The notes beneath the pieces are model-generated. The model ran no database searches. It had not been told where the DNA came from and was given only the letters and a program-made list of their open reading frames with translations. A program made the translations under genes and the position numbers. Positions 37,734 to 47,517 of a DNA stretch of 64,000 bases are shown here, piece by piece (position 1 is the first letter of the stretch; each line of letters starts with the position of its first letter). This DNA is from a virus. Location: IMG/VR virus record IMGVR_UViG_3300025840_000011, one strand, 5' to 3'.

Positions 37734-38721
37734 GTTCTTCACTGAGAAAGATATGGTCCCAACCAACGTTCCTATGGTGAACGTTGCACTATCCGGATCT
37801 GTCAACGGTGGAGTTACGCCAGGCCTTACGGTACTTGCGGGTCCATCCAAACACTTCAAGACCTCATTCGCCTTGTTGATGGCGGGTGCATATCTGGAGG
37901 CAAAGAAAGATGCGGTATTACTATTCTATGATAGTGAGTTCGGTTCCCCCCAATCTTATTTCCAACAGTTTGGAATTGACACTGATCGGGTGCTTCACAC
38001 TCCTATCACGAATGTAGAAGAACTCAAGTTTGACTTGATCAGTCAACTCGAAGAGTTGGATCGCAACGATGATGTAATCGTAGTGATCGACTCAATCGGT
38101 AACCTTGCATCCAAGAAAGAACTTGAGGATGCAATCAACGAGAAGTCTGTTGCAGACATGTCACGTGCGAAGGCACTGAAGGGTCTGTTCCGTATGTGTA
38201 CACCATACCTCGCAATGAAGAACATTCCTATGTTGGCGGTGAACCATACGTACAAAGAGATCGGTCTCTTCCCCAAAGATATTGTGGGTGGTGGTACTGG
38301 TATCTATTACAGTGCAGACAACATCTGGATCCTTGGACGCCAACAGGATAAAGTTGGTACAGAGATCAAGGGTTACCACTTTGTGATCAATGTGGAGAAG
38401 AGTCGATATGTTAAAGAAAAGTCTAAGATTCCTATTTCTGTGTCTTGGGAAGGTGGTGTACAGCGTTATAGCGGTCTTCTGGATGCTGCTCTTGTTGGTG
38501 GTTATGTCACTAAGCCTAGTAATGGTTGGTATTGTCGCGTTGATAGAGAAACTGGAGAGTTACTTGACCCGAAGGTTCGTCTGACTCAAACTCTGGAAGA
38601 AGAGTTCTGGACTCCGATCTTTGAGTTCACAGACTTCGCAGACTTCCTAGAGAAACAGTACAAGATTGGACTACCTCAACAGGTTGATATGGATGCGATA
38701 GTCGATGCCGAAGAAACTTAA
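37666..38721 (+). CDS. uvsX: RecA-like recombinase
   Basis: GPSKHFKT, YDSEFG, DSIGNLAS.KE, ADMSRAK. Confidence 0.96.
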   Translation: MSVMDKLKKNSKIKTTEVLSESKFFTEKDMVPTNVPMVNVALSGSVNGGVTPGLTVLAGPSKHFKTSFALLMAGAYLEAKKDAVLLFYDSEFGSPQSYFQQFGIDTDRVLHTPITNVEELKFDLISQLEELDRNDDVIVVIDSIGNLASKKELEDAINEKSVADMSRAKALKGLFRMCTPYLAMKNIPMLAVNHTYKEIGLFPKDIVGGGTGIYYSADNIWILGRQQDKVGTEIKGYHFVINVEKSRYVKEKSKIPISVSWEGGVQRYSGLLDAALVGGYVTKPSNGWYCRVDRETGELLDPKVRLTQTLEEEFWTPIFEFTDFADFLEKQYKIGLPQQVDMDAIVDAEET

Positions 38722-39025
38722 TGTAGATAAGGTCTCTGAGGGGATTGATTATAAGTTGATCCCCGTCGAAGACTCTCCTAATGATCAGGCGTGGGACATA
38801 CGTATTCTACGTGGTGATTTCACTGAAACCGTTATTCGTTATGGAAATGTTGCATTCAATGAAATTCAGGATTGCCTTACATTCAATTATAAGGTGGTAT
38901 TCTCACCTGATCCTTTATTGACATCTGATGACATTCAACTTCAGGAATATGCAGCAGACATTCTGGAGGACATTCTAGAAACCGCCTTCAATGAAGGGTG
39001 GGCAATCGCACAGCCGAGGACTTGA
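38705..39025 (+). CDS. Conserved protein (gp40 head-vertex chaperone position)
   Basis: Lies between uvsX and gp41 as in T4; YGNV.F...LTFNY. Confidence 0.55.
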   Translation: MPKKLNVDKVSEGIDYKLIPVEDSPNDQAWDIRILRGDFTETVIRYGNVAFNEIQDCLTFNYKVVFSPDPLLTSDDIQLQEYAADILEDILETAFNEGWAIAQPRT

Positions 39026-40416
39026 TGGATATAAACCTAGAACAAACTATACTTCGCAACTTAGTAACGAATGATGAGTATGCGAGGAAGGTTGCAGCAT
39101 TCGTATCACCGGACTATTTCGAAGGGGTCTATCGTAATCTCTTCAAAGAGTTCACCAAGTTCATTGCCAAGTACAACAAACTTCCGACTATGGAATCCTT
39201 CAAGATTGAGATCGATGAGGGTGACCGACTGTCGGATGAACAGTACCGACATGCAATGGAGATTTTGCCCAACATCTTTTCTTTTGAAGAGGTAGACGTA
39301 AATTGGTTGGTTGACCGTACAGAGAAGTGGTGTCAAGACCGTGCGGTATTCAATGCAGTCATGGAGTCTATATCCGTAATTGATGGTAAACACAAAACAC
39401 TAAGTAAGAATGCGATACCGGAGATCCTGAGTAAGGCGCTCGCAGTTAGTTTCGATACCAATATTGGACACGACTATATTGAAAACGTAGACCAACGATA
39501 TGAGTTCTACCACCAGAAAGAAGAAAGACTTCCGTTCGATCTGGAATACTTTAATTCCATCACTAAGGGTGGTCTACCTAATAAGACCCTCAACATTGCA
39601 CTTGCAGGTACGGGTGTCGGTAAAAGTCTTTTCATGTGTCATTGTGCTGGAGCTTCCTTGTCTCAGGGAAAAAATGTCCTTTACATCACTATGGAGATGG
39701 CTGAAGAACGAATCGCGGAACGTATCGATGCGAATCTACTCAACGTAGCGATTGACCAGTTAGAGAACATGTCGAAGGATATGTTCCGTGATCGGGTTGG
39801 AGAACTCGCACGTAAGACTCAGGGTAAGTTGATAATCAAGGAGTACCCTACCGGACAGGCGAACACTTCACACTTCCGTGCTTTGTTGAACGAACTGAAA
39901 CTGAAGAAGAAGTTTACTCCGGATATTGTCTTCATCGATTACTTGAACATCTGCGCCTCTTCTCGTATGAAGGGTATGGGTGGTGCAATTAACTCTTACT
40001 CTTATATCAAGAGTATTGCAGAAGAGATCCGTGGACTGGCAGTGGAGTTCAATGTTCCTATCGTCTCTGCAACTCAGACTACACGATCTGGTTACTCAAA
40101 CGATGATGTGGGTCTCGAAGATACCTCTGAGTCTTTTGGTCTACCCGCAACCGCAGACTTCATGTTCGCTCTGATCTCTAACACTGAACTAAACTCTCAG
40201 GGTAAGATCCTCGTAAAACAGTTGAAGAACCGTTACAACGATCCCACAGTGAATCAGAAATTTGTTGTAGGGGTTGACAGATCGAAAATGAGACTGTATG
40301 ATTGTGAACAGTCTTCGGAAGAAGAAGGTGAAGTAGTAGATGACCGTCCAGCGTTTGACAAGTCATCTGCGGGAGAACGTCTCAGTGCCGAGAGGTTCAA
40401 TTTATTTAAGGTATAA
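39025..40416 (+). CDS. gp41: Replicative helicase
   Basis: AGTGVGKS, IKEYPT, DYLNI, IAEE.RGLA, SESFGLP.TAD, KQLKNRY. Confidence 0.97.
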   Translation: MDINLEQTILRNLVTNDEYARKVAAFVSPDYFEGVYRNLFKEFTKFIAKYNKLPTMESFKIEIDEGDRLSDEQYRHAMEILPNIFSFEEVDVNWLVDRTEKWCQDRAVFNAVMESISVIDGKHKTLSKNAIPEILSKALAVSFDTNIGHDYIENVDQRYEFYHQKEERLPFDLEYFNSITKGGLPNKTLNIALAGTGVGKSLFMCHCAGASLSQGKNVLYITMEMAEERIAERIDANLLNVAIDQLENMSKDMFRDRVGELARKTQGKLIIKEYPTGQANTSHFRALLNELKLKKKFTPDIVFIDYLNICASSRMKGMGGAINSYSYIKSIAEEIRGLAVEFNVPIVSATQTTRSGYSNDDVGLEDTSESFGLPATADFMFALISNTELNSQGKILVKQLKNRYNDPTVNQKFVVGVDRSKMRLYDCEQSSEEEGEVVDDRPAFDKSSAGERLSAERFNLFKV

Positions 40417-40419
40417 ATC

Positions 40420-40599
40420 ATGTTTGACAATTGGGAAATTGCAGTGGTCGCCACATTCTTGTTGTGGGCGAGTCACACTATAGGTTACCGATCCGGAATC
40501 AAAGCCGGCACTCTCATTGGAATTGAGAACGCACTACAATGGTTGCACGATAATGACTGTCTCGACAAAGACAAGGTTGACTGGGATGACCTCACTTAG
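40420..40599 (+). CDS. Small membrane protein (59 aa)
   Basis: MFDNWEIAVVATFLLW...; fills the gap after gp41. Confidence 0.55.
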   Translation: MFDNWEIAVVATFLLWASHTIGYRSGIKAGTLIGIENALQWLHDNDCLDKDKVDWDDLT

Positions 40600-41137
40600 A
40601 GAACTTATCAAGGTATACGATAATGTTCTCAATGAAGATGTATGTGCACGTTACGTAAGAATTTTCAAGAACAATAAGAAATCGGTCACGTCTTACAAGA
40701 CTGGTGGTTACCACTTTGACCAATTGGACCTGAACGAGAGCGTTCCTTCTGAGTGCCAGTACGTCTACACCAAACTGTTACCCATCTATAGAAGTTATAT
40801 TCAAGAGTGTGGTGCGGAGAACTATCTAAAGGTGACAGCGATGGAGGCGTTGCGTATAAAGAAGTACGCAAAGAAATCCACTCAGGAGTTTCAAACCCAC
40901 GTTGACGTTACGGATTATCCGACAGCTCGTAGAGCGGCTGTCGCAATCATATACCTTAACAACAACGATGGTTCAACTATGTTCCCCGCATTAGATGTTG
41001 ACGGGGGTGATTTAGAAATCAGACCAAAGACCGGACGTGTCGTTGTCTTCCCACCCATGTGGATGTTTCCCCATGCAGGACTGACACCTAATGATCACGA
41101 TAAGTACATCATGATGACATGTCTACATTACCAATAA
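40586..41137 (+). CDS. 2OG-Fe(II) oxygenase
   Basis: RIKKY, HVD, IIYLN, FPPMWMFPHAG..P....KY. Confidence 0.88.
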   Translation: MTSLRELIKVYDNVLNEDVCARYVRIFKNNKKSVTSYKTGGYHFDQLDLNESVPSECQYVYTKLLPIYRSYIQECGAENYLKVTAMEALRIKKYAKKSTQEFQTHVDVTDYPTARRAAVAIIYLNNNDGSTMFPALDVDGGDLEIRPKTGRVVVFPPMWMFPHAGLTPNDHDKYIMMTCLHYQ

Positions 41138-41147
41138 GGAGAGTAAA

Positions 41148-41837
41148 ATGAGTGAGGTTAACCTTGTGGGTCTCACTACTCCTAGTGCTAGCACTGGGTG
41201 TCACACGGCGGAGGAGTTGGTTGCATACGCCGCAAGAGTTTCAAACCCGATCAATCAGAACAACGCATTGACCGCACCGAAACTTCTGAAGTATCTGATC
41301 AAACATAAACACTGGTCTCCCTTCGAGATGGTGTCAGTAACGATGGAGATCAAGACAACACGTGACATTTCACGTCAGATTGTTCGACACCGTTCGTTTT
41401 CATTCCAAGAGTTCTCTCAACGGTATGCGGAGAGTGACACCTTTAATCTACGAGAGGCGAGGTTGCAAGATCCTAAGAACCGACAGAACTCTATCGAACT
41501 GGATGACATTGATGATTTTGGAAAGGGTGGTAACAAGACCCCTAATGAACGACTCTACGAACAGTGGAACATGAAACAGTCCGAAGTTATCAACAAGGCG
41601 AGACAGGCGTATGAGTGGGCCCTGAACCAAGGTATTGCAAAGGAACAGGCCCGTGCGGTATTACCGGAGGGTAACACTAAGACAACTTTGTACATGTCCG
41701 GTACTCTGAGGTCTTGGATCCATTACTGTGATCTACGCATGGCGAATGGTACTCAGAAAGAACACATCGATATTGCGAAAAAGGCATGGGCGGTAATCGG
41801 TGCACACTTTCCATCTGTAGTGGAGGCGTTAGACTAA
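41148..41837 (+). CDS. thyX: Flavin-dependent thymidylate synthase
   Basis: H.SPFE, RHRSFSFQEFSQRY signature, AR.VLP. Confidence 0.96.
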   Translation: MSEVNLVGLTTPSASTGCHTAEELVAYAARVSNPINQNNALTAPKLLKYLIKHKHWSPFEMVSVTMEIKTTRDISRQIVRHRSFSFQEFSQRYAESDTFNLREARLQDPKNRQNSIELDDIDDFGKGGNKTPNERLYEQWNMKQSEVINKARQAYEWALNQGIAKEQARAVLPEGNTKTTLYMSGTLRSWIHYCDLRMANGTQKEHIDIAKKAWAVIGAHFPSVVEALD

Positions 41838-41948
41838 TGGAACAATTTGCCGGTTGGATGTTTTTGATTACGTTGGCGATTGTCAATACTGTTGTGTACA
41901 TGTTGATAGATGGTTATTTCAAAGGTGACATCGAAGGAGTTAAGGACG

Positions 41949-42125
41949 ATGATATATACGACGAAAGTATTTGAAGACAGCGATGGATATCAATGTTTGG
42001 AATTTTCTGATGAGATGATGGAAGCGCTCGATTTGAAAGTTGGTGACCAGATCGTTTGGGAACAAAATAAGATTACTGGTCAGTGGAGTTTTAGGAAACA
42101 AGATGGAAGTTCAGATACGGAATAA
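41949..42125 (+). CDS. AbrB/MazE-like small protein
   Basis: LEFSDEMMEALDLKVGD.I.W pattern. Confidence 0.5.
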   Translation: MIYTTKVFEDSDGYQCLEFSDEMMEALDLKVGDQIVWEQNKITGQWSFRKQDGSSDTE

Positions 42126-42768
42126 AGACTTTCTCGCAACCCTCAACCATTTCAAAGATGAGTTCTTTAAGGTTGACGGGTACGAGGATCCAAAGTACTT
42201 CATGTACTCTTCTGAAGAGGACAGACAAAACGGACAGTACCTTACAAGCGAAGAGTTCTTGAGAGAGGTTTCTCTTAAGGGTGATCCTGTAGGTCCGCCA
42301 GATAGACACTATGCACAACCGATTGCGTCTATGGTACGAAGGGATCCGGAAGTCTGGAGTTCGTACATGAATATGGTCAAGTACGAGTTCGCATCTGAGA
42401 TAGGGGCGCACACCAGTGCACTGTTGTCGTATTACCCGCCAGGCGGTTTCGTAGGTTGGCATACCAACTGGGACGCTACCGCATATCAAGTTCTGTTCAC
42501 TTGGTCTGAGGGTGATGGTTACTTCACTTATTATGATATCAAGAAAGATGAAGTGGTGACCATACCAGACGTACCAGGCTGGCAGTGCAGACACTATTAC
42601 TTTGGACCCAAAGAGGAACCTGATAATTTGTGTTGGCACGCCGCATATGCAGGGGGTAAACGGATTACCCTCGCATATAAATTCTGTGGGTATGGTGAAA
42701 ATGATCCTCGTGATGAGAAGGCGAGACAGTTACGTGACATGTTAATTGAGGAGATTGAGAGTGATTAA
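42103..42768 (+). CDS. Cupin/2OG-Fe(II)-like protein (HxN variant)
   Basis: YYPPGGFVGWHTN, WHAA....R.TLA. Confidence 0.65.
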   Translation: MEVQIRNKDFLATLNHFKDEFFKVDGYEDPKYFMYSSEEDRQNGQYLTSEEFLREVSLKGDPVGPPDRHYAQPIASMVRRDPEVWSSYMNMVKYEFASEIGAHTSALLSYYPPGGFVGWHTNWDATAYQVLFTWSEGDGYFTYYDIKKDEVVTIPDVPGWQCRHYYFGPKEEPDNLCWHAAYAGGKRITLAYKFCGYGENDPRDEKARQLRDMLIEEIESD

Positions 42769-44215
42769 TCGGAGTTTACTTCGAGAACAACTTCTGGTTA
42801 GAAACGTCCATAGGGGACGTGCTAGTGAACACAACAAAGAAGAGTTTGTCGAACTAATTGATAAGTGGAAGTGCTATCTCCATAACGAGGTGGGTATCCA
42901 GAAGGGTGACATATGTGCGATTGGTTGTGTCACCAACAAAACAAATTTTCACGCCTTTGTTTTTGCACTTGCAGAACTGGGTGTTGTTATGTTTCCGGGC
43001 CACCTGCCTTGGAACAGAGACATCCTAGTTGATGGTGCAATCCCTCTTCTCAAACCTGAACTACTTGTGATAGATGAAGAGGCTTCTCGCATGTGTGAGG
43101 GTATCATACCTGACTACCTTGTACATGAAATGGAGAGTTACGGTAACACTGGGTGTCTGATTAACATCGATGATGTTGACCTAGACTCTTATGAAGGGGG
43201 TGAAGTGCCTGGCATCTTATCCGGACCCCATGATCTTCTATACATCTCGTATGATGACGGACTGGAAGATGACAGTTTCAATTTCAGGTACTACACACAT
43301 AAAGAGGTCGCCGCACTCTCTGCACGTAACGGTGCAATATTTAATCTAAAAGACACTCGTGCAATCCACACCTTCAATTTCATTCACGCAGAATCTTTCA
43401 TGACGTATTTCCTACCGGCTTACATCTACTGTACGGAACATCTGTTAATGAATTTCTGGGACAGGTTGTCCATGTGGAACCCCGTGTTCACAAACTTTGT
43501 TGTGTCTGTCATGGAGGAAGAGGGTAAGAAACAAGTCATGATCAAGAACGAGGAGACCCTTGAAAACATGGTCGCTCGTATGTCTAAAAAATCTAGGAGA
43601 GATGTGACATTCATTTACCCCTATGGTGAGTTCACGGAGAACCTACACCGTATTATAAAGAAGTGGGATCTAAGAGTTGCGATCCTAAGTGGAGAAAAGA
43701 GGGCGCAGGCGTTTAATCTGTTCTGCAAGGTGGTTGACAAAAAGACACCGTTCGAAGAGGGTAACGTAGGAAAACCCCTTGACAACTTCTATAATATTTT
43801 GTATAATGAAAGGGAAAAGGTCGCACTGGTTCGTGCAAAACCGTGTAGAGAATTCGTGCAACTTTCTCATTTTTATGACAAGAACGAGGCGGGTGAGTAC
43901 ATTCGGTTACATAGAGTGTTCAAGAACCCGTACTCAAGACCAGTGAAGGAGATTCTGGGTCATGAGAACTTCGACATACTATCCAAGTACGGTAGAAACT
44001 ACTTGGTTGTATACGAAGACTTTACCGCCGAAGAGAACGAGAAACTCTCTGACCTTCGGTATTTTAAGGATATCGTACACCAGTCTAGGGAAGCGTTTTG
44101 TCTCGACAATCTAAGATGTCGATACTGGCACAACCTGAAGAGTCAACTGGAGTATGGTTTCGATGATTATGAAACTGATAGATTGAGGTATAGAGATGTC
44201 GAAAAAGAAGGATAG
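42761..44215 (+). CDS. Degenerate adenylate-forming (ANL/AMP-binding) enzyme-like protein
   Basis: GIQKGD..AI...FALAELG.V resembles the ANL N-terminus; the TSGTTG.PK loop is not conserved. Confidence 0.45.
   Translation: MINRSLLREQLLVRNVHRGRASEHNKEEFVELIDKWKCYLHNEVGIQKGDICAIGCVTNKTNFHAFVFALAELGVVMFPGHLPWNRDILVDGAIPLLKPELLVIDEEASRMCEGIIPDYLVHEMESYGNTGCLINIDDVDLDSYEGGEVPGILSGPHDLLYISYDDGLEDDSFNFRYYTHKEVAALSARNGAIFNLKDTRAIHTFNFIHAESFMTYFLPAYIYCTEHLLMNFWDRLSMWNPVFTNFVVSVMEEEGKKQVMIKNEETLENMVARMSKKSRRDVTFIYPYGEFTENLHRIIKKWDLRVAILSGEKRAQAFNLFCKVVDKKTPFEEGNVGKPLDNFYNILYNEREKVALVRAKPCREFVQLSHFYDKNEAGEYIRLHRVFKNPYSRPVKEILGHENFDILSKYGRNYLVVYEDFTAEENEKLSDLRYFKDIVHQSREAFCLDNLRCRYWHNLKSQLEYGFDDYETDRLRYRDVEKEG
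43779..43807 (+). promoter_or_regulatory. Intragenic perfect sigma70 promoter TTGACA-17-TATAAT
   Basis: Exact consensus inside the CDS. Confidence 0.7.
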
Positions 44216-44729
44216 AAGTGGTAGGGGTAGTATTGATGACATCACTCCAGAAGAGTGGAACGAGATGGCCCGTAAACATAGGGAAGAGAAGTTTGGAAAG
44301 AAGGAGGACACTATTAAAGTAGATGGTATAACTGTTGATACTGTGCCCCTAGACTTTACAACTAGTATCGGAAATCCCTACACACTTGACTATGGGGACG
44401 CCACTACAGTAACCCTGACTGTTACTGATGATGACTATGGCAGCGTTGAACATCGTCCGGACTATAAGTTCCGTGAGGATGAGTTGATCAAGGAATTTAA
44501 AGAGTACATCGATAGTACGTACAGCGCCCACTATTGTCAGTCCGGTATCCAGTCAAGTGAGGTTATCATTGACAGGGGAAGAGGTATGGGTTTCTTTCTA
44601 GGTAACGTGGATAAATACAACAGTCGCTACGGTAATAAGGGTGATGTATCTGATCACCGCAAAGACCTAATGAAAGTATTGCACTACGCACTACTGGCGT
44701 TGTATGTTCACGATCTAGAAAATGGATAA
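44196..44729 (+). CDS. Conserved phage protein (DUF3310-like C-terminal domain)
   Basis: TY..HY, GF..GN..KY..RYG.K....DL.K..HY. Confidence 0.7.
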   Translation: MSKKKDRSGRGSIDDITPEEWNEMARKHREEKFGKKEDTIKVDGITVDTVPLDFTTSIGNPYTLDYGDATTVTLTVTDDDYGSVEHRPDYKFREDELIKEFKEYIDSTYSAHYCQSGIQSSEVIIDRGRGMGFFLGNVDKYNSRYGNKGDVSDHRKDLMKVLHYALLALYVHDLENG

Positions 44730-44732
44730 TTT

Positions 44733-45500
44733 ATGTTACTAGTCAATGGTTGCAGTTTTACATATGGGGATGAGTTGGAGGGTTGTAATGATGACCCCCC
44801 TACTCACTGGCCTAGAAACTGGGCAAGTAAGTTAAGTAATCATCTTGGTTTTGAGGAACCACCAGTAAATCTTGCAACCTGTGGCGGAGGTAACGAAAAG
44901 ATTTTCCGTGATCTCACAGTGTACCTTGCGGATGCACAGGCGGGAAAGAGAACCATGCCCACTCACATTGTGGTTATGTGGTCTGGGTTTACTCGACATG
45001 AGGTCGCTGAGTCCAGAGAGGTTCACAACGAAAAGTGGTTGAACATAAAACGATATGATGACATGACCCAATATTCTCCGGAGAGAATCGATATTCTTGA
45101 CGAGAGTAAGTGGGGTGCGATGTACATGTATATCCATAAGGGTCATGAACCAAGAACCGATATTCTACACACCCTTACTTTCATGTTAAGTCTACAAAAC
45201 ACATGTGATACTCTTGGTATTAAATTGATTCAAGGCGCTTTCCATAAGATGATGTATGATATGATGATCTACATGACTCAGGAAAATGGACGAGATAAAA
45301 TTTTTCGCAATTGGCAGAAACAGTGTAATGAACATCTGGGTAGACTAAAGAAAGAGTCTAGGATTGGAATGGGACATTGGAAAGACCTCTACACTCTCGC
45401 CAAAGAGAACTATACGATCCACGAACACAATCATCCAGACGAAGACGCACATACAGAGTATTCGACTCTTTTATATCACATCTTCGAACAAATGGAATAA
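44733..45500 (+). CDS. SGNH/GDSL hydrolase-like protein
   Basis: NGCSFTYG (block I), NLA..G.GN, VMWS...R, HP...AH. Confidence 0.7.
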   Translation: MLLVNGCSFTYGDELEGCNDDPPTHWPRNWASKLSNHLGFEEPPVNLATCGGGNEKIFRDLTVYLADAQAGKRTMPTHIVVMWSGFTRHEVAESREVHNEKWLNIKRYDDMTQYSPERIDILDESKWGAMYMYIHKGHEPRTDILHTLTFMLSLQNTCDTLGIKLIQGAFHKMMYDMMIYMTQENGRDKIFRNWQKQCNEHLGRLKKESRIGMGHWKDLYTLAKENYTIHEHNHPDEDAHTEYSTLLYHIFEQME

Positions 45501-45526
45501 TCGTTCAAATTTAAAAATCTCAAAAG

Positions 45527-45571
45527 ACTAAATACAGGCATACTATGGGGGTGTCAATTAAATGACACCCC
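45527..45571 (+). promoter_or_regulatory. Late-like promoter ACTAAATA plus 5' hairpin heading cassette copy 1
   Basis: ACTAAATA at 45527-45534; GGGGTGTCA/TGACACCCC stem at 45548-45571. Confidence 0.55.
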
Positions 45572-45595
45572 AACTAATTGGAAAAGGAATATGGT

Positions 45596-46171
45596 ATGCG
45601 CTTAGTAATTAGCAGCGTGGTGTTACTTACATCATTAATTTTTGGAGTCGCAGTCAATGCACAGGACGCTGACGAAACTCCGACTCAAACAGTTGAACCT
45701 ATCATAACTGAGAGTACCGTTACTACCAACGGTAAAACGACTACTATTCTCAGATCACCCCCTGCCTCTGCGATCACCCCGACAATCAACACGTCGAACT
45801 CAGACTTGTGTACCTTTGGAGTTGCGGGTGCAATTCAAACTCAGATTCTTGGTGTCTCTACAGGTACTCAGGTAACGGATGAAAATTGTGAGAGGTTAAA
45901 GAATGCAAAGACGCTCTATGATATGGGAATGAAAGTGGCCGCCGTGTCGGTTATGTGCCAAGACGAAAGAGTCTTTGATGCAATGATGCACGCCGGAACA
46001 CCGTGTCCATATGATGGTCTAATAGGTCCAGCGGCAAAGGCGGCGTGGGAAATCAACGAAGAGGAACAACCCAATGCAGAAGACTACGACAAAGGGTTTA
46101 CAAATGACAAGAAAACCTTACTGGGCGCTGGTGGTGTCCTTAGTATTCTTCTCATGCTTCTGGTCATCTAA
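45596..46171 (+). CDS. Cassette 1 gene A: exported Cys-containing protein with C-terminal hydrophobic anchor
   Basis: Signal peptide ending AVNA; PPASAI.P...DLC...NCERLK...MCQD...GTPCP; ends GAGGVLSILLMLLVI. Confidence 0.8.
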   Translation: MRLVISSVVLLTSLIFGVAVNAQDADETPTQTVEPIITESTVTTNGKTTTILRSPPASAITPTINTSNSDLCTFGVAGAIQTQILGVSTGTQVTDENCERLKNAKTLYDMGMKVAAVSVMCQDERVFDAMMHAGTPCPYDGLIGPAAKAAWEINEEEQPNAEDYDKGFTNDKKTLLGAGGVLSILLMLLVI

Positions 46172-47000
46172 CGTACATGCACAAACCGTTTTCGGGACAA
46201 CCGGAAATGCGGCGCAAGATGGTCTTACATGGGTAATGACCAACGTCCTGCCTCAACAGACAGGACTTACAGTTAATGGTGTTGTGTACAGATACACAAC
46301 CATAAAGAACCCCGAAGACGATATGATCGTCTACGTGCAGAACGAGGATGCGGAGAACGAAGGTCAATACATTTTTCGATCCGCAGACGATTGGTCTGGA
46401 TTGCCAGGCAGTTCGATAAGGAGATTGGTTCCTGTCTCTAACATACCTCGAAGTAGGTGGGGAGACGGATCTATTGTTGTGGAAGGTGAAGGTAAAGTAA
46501 CGGATCCTACTGTCCTCTACAACTATCAGTACGATCCTTGTTTTGGTGTAACTGATAGACCGGAGTGCCCGAATTATATTCCGTCCACTCCAACCGTACC
46601 GGAAATTGTAGCGTATGATCCAATGGACGATCAGTTCGTACAAGAAGAACTGGAAAAAGAAACTGAAACTAAAGATGAGGAGGAAGAAGAGAGAGATAGA
46701 GAACAGATTGAGGAGGGTGGTGAATCAAAACCAAACCTGAGAAGGAAATCCCTCGAAGAGATGTTAGGTATTGTTGAGAGGTCACTTATCGCGTCCGCTG
46801 ACCAACAGATACACAACCAACTACTCTTACTAAACTTCGTACCAACTTTTTATTATGATACACTCCCCGACACTAAATACGAGGAGACCATAACTCTACA
46901 GGATGCGAATTTACCTGACAATACTAACGGGTATCGTGTAAACTTTGCCCAAGACCAACTACATCAAGAGATGGTCAATCTACAGTATGAACAACCATAA
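46104..47000 (+). CDS. Cassette 1 gene B: exported protein (beta-rich N-domain, acidic linker)
   Basis: Signal ending VHA; Y.YD.C....P.CP; paralogue at 60230. Confidence 0.8.
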   Translation: MTRKPYWALVVSLVFFSCFWSSNVHAQTVFGTTGNAAQDGLTWVMTNVLPQQTGLTVNGVVYRYTTIKNPEDDMIVYVQNEDAENEGQYIFRSADDWSGLPGSSIRRLVPVSNIPRSRWGDGSIVVEGEGKVTDPTVLYNYQYDPCFGVTDRPECPNYIPSTPTVPEIVAYDPMDDQFVQEELEKETETKDEEEEERDREQIEEGGESKPNLRRKSLEEMLGIVERSLIASADQQIHNQLLLLNFVPTFYYDTLPDTKYEETITLQDANLPDNTNGYRVNFAQDQLHQEMVNLQYEQP

Positions 47001-47013
47001 AAAGGAACATTAA

Positions 47014-47517
47014 ATGTTAAAGAAAGTACTACCATTAACGGCGTTGTCTCTTGTTCTCGCAACAAGTGCGAATGCAACTAATGTCGATATCACGGGTACT
47101 GTAGATTCTAAGTGTGTGGTGACAACAGACACTCTAGGTGTCTTTGGAAACCCGACACCAAGTACACTCAGTACTGACGCAGTTGACGGGGGTGTTGAAC
47201 CCATCGTTCGCTACGATGTTATTCAGGCTGATTATTACAAGGCGACAATAACAACTCCAGACCAATTCGTTGAGAGTCCTGCTTTGGACGATGTTGTGAC
47301 TTGGAGTGGAACAGTTTCGGTCAGTGAAGTTTCGGATCCCGCGATGGCGGCATACGACACTGAGAAGAGACTCTACAACAACGTAACAGAAATCGATCTA
47401 ACGGTTGCAGGAAGTACTTGGTTCAAAGTATCTTCAGAAGCCGACTATGGATTTGACAAGGCATTACCCGCTGGTATCTATCGTGCGACAGTACAGGCGG
47501 AGTGTATCGCAATCTAA
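47014..47517 (+). CDS. Cassette 1 gene C: pilin/fimbrial-subunit-like exported protein
   Basis: Signal ending ANA; I.G.V.SKC N-terminal strand; C-terminal P.G.Y.A.V.A.C strand; about 145-aa mature beta protein. Confidence 0.6.
   Translation: MLKKVLPLTALSLVLATSANATNVDITGTVDSKCVVTTDTLGVFGNPTPSTLSTDAVDGGVEPIVRYDVIQADYYKATITTPDQFVESPALDDVVTWSGTVSVSEVSDPAMAAYDTEKRLYNNVTEIDLTVAGSTWFKVSSEADYGFDKALPAGIYRATVQAECIAI

Noticed and set aside
32254-40416. Introns or inteins in gp43, uvsX or gp41
   Set aside because: The ORFs are continuous, of normal length, and lack intein splice motifs
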